IMG/VR virus record: IMGVR_UViG_3300030118_006722
Span: 1-27,066 of that record
Strand: one strand, 5' to 3'
DNA: 27,066 nt
Source: a virus
Taxonomy: Duplodnaviria; Caudoviricetes
Position 1 is the stretch's first letter; the number at the start of each line of letters is the position of its first letter. The notes beneath the pieces were generated by a model. That model worked only from the letters and a program-made list of their open reading frames with translations. It did no database searches and was not told where the DNA came from. A program made the position numbers and the translations under genes. Below, one piece after another: positions 19,701 through 26,314 of this stretch.

Positions 19701-22700
19701 TATACTATAGCTGTTGTATCTGCAGTGGCAGCACTCGTAGTTAGTGCATTTACCGCATCCAAGTTACCAAAACCATGATAACTAACCATATTAGGAGAGA
19801 AAGAAGTAAGTAAATTTCCAGTAGGTCCAAGGTCAAACATTGATTTAACTTCAGCTGCAGTATGAAAAGTACCCTCATAACATGCAAGTTGTACCATATC
19901 CACTTGAGCAGTAGCTGAAGATGTATATGCAATTCTTAATTGATCAGCACTTACACTACCATAACTATCAGGCCCAGTACTTCCAAGAGTGGTATCATAG
20001 ACTAAATTTCCATTTATATACACTTTACAATCTTCACTAGTAACATCATCTGGAACTTGTACTACTAAATGTTGCAATCCAGTTTGAAGGAAAGGAATAT
20101 TATCACTATAATGAGTTGTTGCTGATGATGAATTGTATGCTGCAATTCTCAAATTATTTTGCATCCTATAAAGGTAAAAACCATTAATATAACTACTTGA
20201 GTTAATATTGTTTAGAATATATGTTGCAGGCGATCCTGTTGAATTATTTTGAAACCACATTACAATTTCTCTGTTTGTAAGTGACCCATTAGTAAATGGG
20301 TCAGATGTGGTCATGTATTCTGTACCATCAAAATTATGTGCTTTTACAGTAGTGAATGACGCTCCTGACTCTGGTGCTTGATTGCCAAGATAGAAACGAG
20401 ATGGTGTATTTCCTCCTGTCATATACATAAATTCATCCATGTAACCTGTCATGGCTTGATTTTGACTATCGGTTACTGCACCTCTTCCAATCCTGAGTGC
20501 ATGTGAACCAGAATAATAAAAATTTGTAGAATTAGTTGCAGATGCCTTAACTATACCATTTACAGAAATAGTAAGAAGATTATTAGCATCTCTATTGTAT
20601 TCAACATAATTCCAGCTATCAAAAGGAAAATCACCAAGACTAGTTTCCAAAGCAGTATGCCAAGGTGCAGTGCCACCATCATCAGCTACAAAAGTAACTT
20701 TAGCTTGACCACCACTCGTTGCTACAGCAGCAGTTGGTCCTTCATAAGCATCTCCCCTTGCACACCAAAGTCCATGATTAGGATGACTCGATTGTGTAGA
20801 TGAAATATAAGCCCAACATGAAACAGTAAATTCTGCGGCCAAATCCCAATCTGGATTTGCTCCTACATACATAGTATTATTTGCCGAGTGAAAAAAGGAA
20901 GTATTACCATAATCAAAAGAAGAACTATTTGCAAATGTTACAGTTGAATTACTACCACACCAAAAAATTGTATTACCATGCTCATCAGTTGTGGATGTAC
21001 CATTAGTACCATCTGACTTGAGCGTGACTGCTTTGGTATGATGTATTCCACCACCCGATACGAGTGCATGGTGTATTGAGTTTGCGGAGGATGAATCTTG
21101 GAAGGTTAGACTACCGCCATGATGAAAATATGTATTACTTCTTGCTGATGATGATGTTATTAAAGAACCAGTACCAGATGCTCTTGTACCATCACGATTA
21201 TTACCACTTCTATCAAAAATTGCTGTAGAAGAATCTGTTCCGTCAATATCTGGTGAACCTGAAAAAGCATTACCAAAATCATAAAATGCAAATGTAGTTC
21301 TTATACCATGTAAAGAAGTATTAACTCCATCTAAATGAATCTTTCCAACTTGGGTAGGTGTTAATTCCCCATCAAAGAATGCCATTTGTGCGACTTCACC
21401 ATAAAAATATCTTGGATAAGAATCATTTCCAGACCAAAGAAGATGCTCTAAAACTAAATTTTCATTTGCAGTTCCTATTGAACTATGGCCATCGCTTAGT
21501 CCATCAAGATAAAAATATAGTGTACCAGTACCATTATAAACAAAAGCTGCACTATGCCACTCACCTGGCGTAACAACTGTGTTACCATAGCCCCAACTTG
21601 AATTACCATTACTCCATATTGCTAATTTATTTGCATATATGGCTATATAACCAGCATCTGAATTACCACCAAGACCATCACCAAACCAATTTGCTTGTGC
21701 CCCACTGGTTAATTCATCACTCACTCTAAACCATGTTGCAAAAGACCATGCAGGTCCACTTGATAAAGTTTGTTCTGATGCTAAATTAATTTTCGTTGCA
21801 TCTGTGGTGCCTAAAGTCCTATAAAAACTATTTGCAATTGTTACATATGCATCACCATGTATCAACAAAGATGTGGCATTATCATCTGAGAATTCATGGC
21901 CGTGTCCTCTCCATCCATGTACATCGTATGCATCTTTGTTACCTGCACCCGCTGTCTGTGTATGTGTCCATTTGATTTGTGGTGGCTCAACACTAGTAGA
22001 AGCTCTAAATTCGTCAAAGTATATACCGATATATTCTGTTCCACCTCTTCCGTTTCTACCTATTTCAAATGCTGAAGAACCTGTGTTAATACTATTGTTT
22101 TTGGAATTAGCAAACACTCCATCTACATAAACTTTAGTAGTTGTTCCATCCCATGTGACTTGTAGATGTTGCCAATCTTGAGAAACCTCTGCAAGTGGTT
22201 TTGGTAAGTCAAAGTCTCCAGTGCCATATCCCTGAAAGTAATAATCATGATTTGCAGATGTGGAACCTCTTGCTGATATTCCAAACGACGCGCTGGGTGA
22301 ACTTGTTCCACTTCCAAAAGTATATCCATAACTTGAATGGTCATGAACTTTTATCCAGTAGTCAACAGTTCTGGTGGTTGTCCCTGCTGGAACGCTATGA
22401 CCTGATGGAAGACTTACTGCATCATCTATTCCATCAACAAGAATACTTGATGTATTACCGACAAATGATTCTTTTGTGGTATGTTGTGCACCAGATATTG
22501 TAAACTGTTTACCTATACCATCTTGCGTTGGATAATTTGAAAGACTACTATTTGCAAGATGCACATTATCCAGATGAAGACCAGACTCATCAACCAAAGA
22601 TACAGCACGAGCATGACCATTTGCATTCTGTCCACTAACGAGTAATGTTGTTCTCTCGTCATCTGTGAATCTATGTGCTGATGTTGCCCTATGTGCCATG

Positions 22701-23983
22701 ACACCGCCAGATTGGTCACCATAAGTCGTACCGAAGTAAAAACGTGGTGGACGAGCATCACCTTTTACGATACGAATTTCATCCATATAACCCTGAAAGA
22801 TCTGCACATCTGCATCTCTAAATCTACCAATTCTTAAATGTGTATTTTGATCAGAAATGTTTGTAGTGTTTATTCCAGTACTAGCCAAAATACCATCTAT
22901 ATACATTTTGTATGTATCTTCCTCTCTTGTAACAGAAATATGTCTCCATTTATTTTCAGCCTGTGCTTGATCAAAAGACTCAAAACCACTAGTATCTCCA
23001 GCAACAACTGGATTTGCAATCCAACTTCCATTTCCAAATCTGAAATATGGTTGACCATCAGCAAATATACCAAGATTCCAACCAGTTTGGTCAGGGCCCA
23101 TATTAGACAATAGACCAGAAGCCTCATCATACGAAGTTCTACGAAGCCATAAGTCTATTGTAAAATTATTTGAAGGACTATTAGTGCCGTAATTTGCAGT
23201 ATTACCCCCATAAACTCTCAACTCTGAATCAGTCGTAGTCCCATCAAATTCTATTGAAGAATCACCAATATAATATTCATCATAATCTATTTTTGTAATA
23301 TTTGTAGTATTAGTTACTTCAAGATTTCCACTTGAACTATCAGTAATTATAGGTGGTGGTCCTGCATAAGCCTTTGGAATCCATACACCCTCTTTGTATT
23401 CTCCGAAGTTTTCTGGCCCGAGTTGATGACCATCAATGAAATAAACTTCACCTATTAAACCTTTAAAATATTCTGATTGACCTTCTTGTTTACCTATATG
23501 ATGTAGAACAGCTTTGTTCCAACCAGTTTCATAATTTTGAGATGGATGCGTTGAAAGTGTTTGAAGTTTACCATTTATCCAAAACTTTAATCTATCGGCT
23601 GCAGCTGCTGCTGGTGTATTAAAAGCCATAACAACATGATACCATGCACTTGGATCACGAATACCAGCAGCTGTTGACACTGTTATATCGTGGACACCAG
23701 CCGACAAATAGATAAATAATCCTGTGCCACCAGAATTAAACCTAAGACTATCATAGTTTTGAGTTGCTCCATCTGCACTAAATATAGGTTGATCGTTTAC
23801 ATCAAATGCATGTGACTTAAACCAACAACTGAAAGTGTGAGTCTTGCGATTACCATCTGCACTTGGCGTCCAACTCAAGTAGGCACCGTCAGAGTGTTCA
23901 AACCGCAAACTATTCTCCATCACATTATTATAGAATTCTTTTCCGCCGCCGATAAATCCGAGAGGGTATGTAAGTATACTCAT
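13718..23983 (-). CDS. Giant multi-LamG (concanavalin A-like) fibre / receptor-binding protein, N-terminal partner, 3421 aa
   Basis: Starts like marine phage LamG tail proteins (LGFIGGG..FY....NSLRF...AYLSWTP...GNRKT.TFSCWFK...RDPSAWYHVV...FGEYKEGVWIPKAY), followed by about 11 further LamG-like repeats and one cupredoxin-like domain; G/S/T/N-rich; uninterrupted 10.3-kb ORF. Confidence 0.88.
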   Translation of the reverse strand: MSILTYPLGFIGGGKEFYNNVMENSLRFEHSDGAYLSWTPSADGNRKTHTFSCWFKSHAFDVNDQPIFSADGATQNYDSLRFNSGGTGLFIYLSAGVHDITVSTAAGIRDPSAWYHVVMAFNTPAAAAADRLKFWINGKLQTLSTHPSQNYETGWNKAVLHHIGKQEGQSEYFKGLIGEVYFIDGHQLGPENFGEYKEGVWIPKAYAGPPPIITDSSSGNLEVTNTTNITKIDYDEYYIGDSSIEFDGTTTDSELRVYGGNTANYGTNSPSNNFTIDLWLRRTSYDEASGLLSNMGPDQTGWNLGIFADGQPYFRFGNGSWIANPVVAGDTSGFESFDQAQAENKWRHISVTREEDTYKMYIDGILASTGINTTNISDQNTHLRIGRFRDADVQIFQGYMDEIRIVKGDARPPRFYFGTTYGDQSGGVMAHRATSAHRFTDDERTTLLVSGQNANGHARAVSLVDESGLHLDNVHLANSSLSNYPTQDGIGKQFTISGAQHTTKESFVGNTSSILVDGIDDAVSLPSGHSVPAGTTTRTVDYWIKVHDHSSYGYTFGSGTSSPSASFGISARGSTSANHDYYFQGYGTGDFDLPKPLAEVSQDWQHLQVTWDGTTTKVYVDGVFANSKNNSINTGSSAFEIGRNGRGGTEYIGIYFDEFRASTSVEPPQIKWTHTQTAGAGNKDAYDVHGWRGHGHEFSDDNATSLLIHGDAYVTIANSFYRTLGTTDATKINLASEQTLSSGPAWSFATWFRVSDELTSGAQANWFGDGLGGNSDAGYIAIYANKLAIWSNGNSSWGYGNTVVTPGEWHSAAFVYNGTGTLYFYLDGLSDGHSSIGTANENLVLEHLLWSGNDSYPRYFYGEVAQMAFFDGELTPTQVGKIHLDGVNTSLHGIRTTFAFYDFGNAFSGSPDIDGTDSSTAIFDRSGNNRDGTRASGTGSLITSSSARSNTYFHHGGSLTFQDSSSANSIHHALVSGGGIHHTKAVTLKSDGTNGTSTTDEHGNTIFWCGSNSTVTFANSSSFDYGNTSFFHSANNTMYVGANPDWDLAAEFTVSCWAYISSTQSSHPNHGLWCARGDAYEGPTAAVATSGGQAKVTFVADDGGTAPWHTALETSLGDFPFDSWNYVEYNRDANNLLTISVNGIVKASATNSTNFYYSGSHALRIGRGAVTDSQNQAMTGYMDEFMYMTGGNTPSRFYLGNQAPESGASFTTVKAHNFDGTEYMTTSDPFTNGSLTNREIVMWFQNNSTGSPATYILNNINSSSYINGFYLYRMQNNLRIAAYNSSSATTHYSDNIPFLQTGLQHLVVQVPDDVTSEDCKVYINGNLVYDTTLGSTGPDSYGSVSADQLRIAYTSSATAQVDMVQLACYEGTFHTAAEVKSMFDLGPTGNLLTSFSPNMVSYHGFGNLDAVNALTTSAATADTTAIVYDRKSSGAAKDFAQSSAPSAPTQSTFYYPSNSAKRLAHGPLLYTANPTSNTAILGNTHYANTKANFPSSDGASTFGSFVDDEYTVLLLRGGHADGNTVFFDSNTAAGETITFPAHSYSSGKTRVAKEIVNSGTVTHEFTNQLGLHGSSIKGAGGGQKLMIPYSEDFDLGADGGDFTIEFWGYVPSGYTNNETIASFDGAGQNTQTGSGGVNNGGWILGYGGGTSGTTPMINFHAGGEDGTTFDYAFDGTVSVGVNSWHHYAVIMRNGIVEPFVNGVSYPNTQNSGGAKSNEQPADNDGVITIKHKGDLWFFDWSYTWADFDGLIDEFRITKGIARYTPDGASQSGIVPSTATGAGSTGSSIPTNPYLRPTPYVATDGGRGYFSNTNVKIWVKSDTFPGDTDFYDSSATIGNAPKDITNADYTAANRPVIKTANSVTDYALSGGADGILFDNTDYIVVPNHEGLQLGNSDFTIEFWIRAGSATSGIMGTCNSGDGRKGFRFFLTSSATTMNFYASTVDSGNDFTLSDNADPSMVADHWHHVVQQRIGDEFNMIIDGVSAVRGSSSILIPDNGNIYIGGTGSTADSELVGYLDEIRFSKMARYTGQGLIDSDFPNPSTEFGIQTEGSTYGRFDTQVTANTTYQRYNYQHGKGVSFSNFGDHSDYAGGGTIGAAGAVVGSPAGSGNFCIAWWQNADVAAYSGVWGMGNGTGGYLVISAFGQSSTQDIYISGDGSNWNIHSGDSGAPPAKPGEWEFRAISRQGTNSIKFYHNGIVTKEITTRTDGTAIGSINQSSSAVLNIGRDSSNNKFDGKMSQWGMWHKGLSDAEIQDLYFAGPGLGVNWRTGAGISGTNYTSDDGTAANLYLYFDMNNNPDDYSADDTTMTDRSANARGSNGTSSDFDYEADTKLLIHSNTDIDGDTSIVDSSASEHVIDRVVTDPVYANATSFEGSTTALTRSSVTNGEMGIRFNQDWIQIAGGEDGLNFGSGNWTAMTWHLHDASEGNHDHGVFDGGYYDGAINGGWGLRLHRTTGIEFYQNNGTSIHTNVVSGTDDLDDEDKKWRHYLVGNDGTNARIFLNGTQVASASFGGNSPYGTGNSSFGLSVGKIRTGVGEHTQGFLDQIAVYKGCWLGNTHGSSISGGGTAGSRPGNTHIGALGGLIVHEEYANTTTTANATTTLLLHSNNATHHSQGSRKFYNDVVNTAFYGAGTFSATPAAAPKGHEAAGYFVVTAASGEYKFSGNTQSTTIEKNPQLRLRRGYSYIFDFTDGTNSGHEFYFANSTANSTGFAYGMAGDRSNSELNGVFGTNTDPNGAPAVTWTQLTTSNHGGNSGTGGTYQYIKYEVPTDAPKNLYYRCSNHSTMGNAVFVMEATEPAPLKVGTLPALKTSGFNDRDWGGIGNSVIHFSGPATPNIVQGIFVDGDGTDLYWPAGTAFVFECWFNSPDIGTTQTVNWFSTESFFPGTTGMQIRSTNNDGIQMQMVDGTTQTYEVFFASSETGASNRISEFTSPNKWHHLVVQRDSSNDWTAYLDARPLDATASGSKAQNINTSGQGVYIGGATGTGDAKPFEGFMQDIMLYKGVSLDANTVTQNYMTGRAGSFRTANSSVAVHIKSDAPYGSRTFTDVSPNALTTSTVVANTSTHDIYHHIEDDRTANTALYFDGYSAISLPMDDQFKFTSNDFTAEAWIKPDDSKTQPIIMGVWGNPFNWALQLNSTSDPAPNDANGFRFLYESGTTITDTETTAVIDRGTWGHVAVSRYNEGGTKYFFMFVNGVCIKRLASATIQNDGTALVIGAQDAAATSQTFVGWMDGIRITNGMSRYTSGIPTDGQSPAKDYDDGRSSNVSSNTWATSSTRHYYGINTHTYLQTTQYSTDANTVLLIRGDDAETANDGVNMYGNNGFHLEFKEVGSGDERDYNNFNTGVNGLGSDTSATQEFADDATVLLVRSRPNQANGSVQFVDETNQDTGSVTGTAYHNTTKTIFGIDSNTANVSVASGGSGTY
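15610..16045 (-). other. Cupredoxin-like domain with candidate type-1 copper ligands, inside the 3421-aa protein
   Basis: YFVVTA...NPQLRLRRGYSYIFD...SGHEFYF...VPTDAPKNLYYRCSNHSTMG: an upstream His plus C-x2-H-x2-M. Boundaries approximate. Confidence 0.7.
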
Positions 23984-23996
23984 TCTTTGCTACCTA

Positions 23997-24410
23997 TTAA
24001 GTGAAGTTCTGAGAGCCTGAAAAAGACCCATACATATAAGTTCCATCTGATACGAAGGTAAACACATCAACTGCACCTGCTGTTGCTGTCATTGTTGGTG
24101 CAGTGTTACCTGGCCATTTGTAACCAGTTGCCCATGATAATGTTTTTGGACTTGAGTTTTGAGTTACCTTCAATATATAGACACCACCATTTGCATGGTT
24201 TGTGGCATTTGCAATAGTTGCATTGTGTCCAAGGACAAGGACTGCAGACTGATTAGAACCTGCATCCCAAGATACAGAAGTTCCAGAAGTGAGTGCAGTG
24301 GCAGTAAAATAACCTGCCTTATCAAATGCAAGTCCAGTTCCAGTTGTAGGGACTGTGACATTTACTGTGGTTGACGATGTAGTAAATGTCGTATTTTGTA
24401 GTGTTGCCAT
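23997..24410 (-). CDS. Short fibre-tip/adaptor protein; paralog of the C-terminal domain of the upstream fibre
   Basis: 137 aa: a Thr-rich leader of about 38 aa plus a 99-aa domain that is 79/99 identical (manual alignment) to the C-terminus of 24422..26074. Confidence 0.75.
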   Translation of the reverse strand: MATLQNTTFTTSSTTVNVTVPTTGTGLAFDKAGYFTATALTSGTSVSWDAGSNQSAVLVLGHNATIANATNHANGGVYILKVTQNSSPKTLSWATGYKWPGNTAPTMTATAGAVDVFTFVSDGTYMYGSFSGSQNFT

Positions 24411-24721
24411 TTATTTCACTCTCAAGTAAAGTTTTGTGATCCAGAGAAAGATCCATACATATAAGTTCCATCAGAGACAAAGGTAAAAATATCAACTGCA
24501 CCACCAGTTGCAGTCATGACAGGAGCCGTATTTCCTGGCCATTTATATCCAGTTGACCATGCAAGTGTTTTAGGTGATGTATTCTGTGTCACACGCATGA
24601 TGTAAACACCACCAGACTGATGATTAGTTGCATTTGCTACAGTTGCGTTATGTCCAAGTGCAAGTGTTGCAACCTGGGCTGTATTTGCATTCCATGAGAC
24701 AGTCGTTGCAGATGTAAGAGC
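23997..24721 (-). repeat. Diverged 300-nt direct repeat (23997..24296 and 24422..24721) encoding the duplicated domain
   Basis: Ungapped alignment; the last 21 aa (FTFVSDGTYMYGSFSGSQNFT) are identical while many third codon positions differ. Confidence 0.9.
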
Positions 24722-26074
24722 TTGGTCATCAAAGAATTGTTGTGCAGTAAATGCATTTTGTGCAGTTGTTGATGCACCAGCAGCAGCTGCAGAGATATTT
24801 GTTACTGTTCCAGATTGATTCTTATATACAAGTGCACCATCAGTATTTGCAAAAAGGAATCCAGTATCCCCTACTGCAGAAATTGTTGATGGGTCAATCT
24901 CTTGTGTTAAAGCAATTGCACCTTTAACAGTAAGTGCAGATCCAGCCGTTACGGATGCAACGTTTGCAGCCATATTACCACCAGTTATGGTGTTTGTGCC
25001 GGATGCTACTGGTCCAGTGTAAGATGATGCAGTAAGTGTTCCTGCCAATGTGAGAGTAGTTCCAGTAGTTGTAAATGTAACTCCACCAGAACCAGTAGAT
25101 AGTTTTAATTGTGCACCAGAAGATACAACATCAACCATTGCTGCAGGAGTTGTTACACCGAAACCAGTATTACCACCTGTGAAGATACCTGCATACTTTG
25201 TTGCAGCTGTTCCACCAACTGCAACTTTTGCACCGATATTTGTACCTACATTCGTTCCACCACCTCCAGCAGAGGAATCAACTTCAATACCTGTGACATC
25301 AATAGTTGCTGTCCCTGAAGCAGCAGTCTGATCCAAATCAACTTGTACTCCAAAAACTTTATTTGCACCCGTTGCAGCCAAAATATTGGTATAGTTCTTA
25401 TCAAGATGAATACCTTTGCGACCTCCATCAGATTGAATGTCTAATGCAACTGATTGATATGCATCACCACTATCTTGTACAACTGATAAGACTTTTCTTG
25501 CAGAAGTATCAGAAGAGTTTTCAGATACAGTCAAAACTGATGCAGTGGTCAAAGAATCTGCAACGATGTTTACTGCATTTGCTGTTGTTTGTCCTGCAAC
25601 AATATCTACAGACTTAACATCTGCATCATTACCCGAAACAAAGACTGCAGGAATACCAGAAGTTGTATTTTGTGTTGCTCTGACAGACTCTATGTAGAGA
25701 TTTGCCCAATGTTGAGCTGTACTACCAAGGTCAAAAGATACGTTTGCATCTGGTATGAAATTTGAGTTAATATCAGCACTGAAAGATACTGTATCAGTTG
25801 CAGCATCTCCAAGTGTGAGGTTACCATCAGCAGATATTGCTCCATTTGCATGAATATTACCATGAACATTTAAGTTCTCACCGATAGTCATACTCTTGGC
25901 AATTCCGACACCACCAGCAGTTATGATTGAACCTGTGGTATTACTTGAAGAATCTGTGGTATTTGTAAGTTTGACAAAATTAGGAGAGCCATCTGTCTGA
26001 GTCATGACCAGAAGCTCATTAGTCTTCACTCTCCATTGGTCAAAAGTTTCTGTTAATGCTACATTCGCAGACAT
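24422..26074 (-). CDS. Fibre (shaft) protein, 550 aa
   Basis: N-terminal ETFDQWRVKTNEL anchor-like motif seen in T4-like phage fibres; beta-fibre repeats (TTGSIITAGGVGIAK..IGENLNV.GN, IPDANVSFDLGS...W.NLY, GNTGFGVTTP); C-terminal domain with VTQ...TL.W...YKWPG..AP......VDIFTF.SDG; AAGGAG RBS. Confidence 0.8.
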   Translation of the reverse strand: MSANVALTETFDQWRVKTNELLVMTQTDGSPNFVKLTNTTDSSSNTTGSIITAGGVGIAKSMTIGENLNVHGNIHANGAISADGNLTLGDAATDTVSFSADINSNFIPDANVSFDLGSTAQHWANLYIESVRATQNTTSGIPAVFVSGNDADVKSVDIVAGQTTANAVNIVADSLTTASVLTVSENSSDTSARKVLSVVQDSGDAYQSVALDIQSDGGRKGIHLDKNYTNILAATGANKVFGVQVDLDQTAASGTATIDVTGIEVDSSAGGGGTNVGTNIGAKVAVGGTAATKYAGIFTGGNTGFGVTTPAAMVDVVSSGAQLKLSTGSGGVTFTTTGTTLTLAGTLTASSYTGPVASGTNTITGGNMAANVASVTAGSALTVKGAIALTQEIDPSTISAVGDTGFLFANTDGALVYKNQSGTVTNISAAAAGASTTAQNAFTAQQFFDDQALTSATTVSWNANTAQVATLALGHNATVANATNHQSGGVYIMRVTQNTSPKTLAWSTGYKWPGNTAPVMTATGGAVDIFTFVSDGTYMYGSFSGSQNFT

Positions 26075-26077
26075 CGT

Positions 26078-26314
26078 TTACAACTCCTTTTTGTTTAATA
26101 ATTCTCTGAGAAGAGACTTGATTTCAAGCATTTCTTCCCTTACAGTATTTAGTTCATCTACCTTAGATTTCATCAACTGCCATTCTTTCGCTTGATCATC
26201 AATAAATTTTTTTCTTTGGCGATGATTTTCAAGAGCCACCCTGTCTGTGTTTAGGAGTGCCTTTGAATGTATATCTCTAACGTATGATTGGTTTTCTGTC
26301 TGAACAGTTTCCAT
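26078..26314 (-). CDS. Conserved small protein of T4-like phages with C-terminal coiled coil
   Basis: YVRDIHSKALLNTD...EMLEIKSLLRELL resembles the small gene that commonly follows VrlC/DUF4815-type genes. ATG at 26314 overlaps the upstream TGA (TGATG) and is preferred over the GTG at 26317. Confidence 0.75.
   Translation of the reverse strand: METVQTENQSYVRDIHSKALLNTDRVALENHRQRKKFIDDQAKEWQLMKSKVDELNTVREEMLEIKSLLRELLNKKEL

Noticed and set aside
4960-23983. CRISPR array or recent DNA tandem repeats (recurring ccatcaaa and tccatataacc words)
   Set aside because: These short words encode conserved FDG and GYMD motifs at irregular spacing; I saw no long near-identical DNA repeats.
23997-24721. 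Diversity-generating retroelement TR/VR pair
   Set aside because: Differences are mostly synonymous and include non-adenine changes, both copies are in intact genes, and no reverse transcriptase is in the window.
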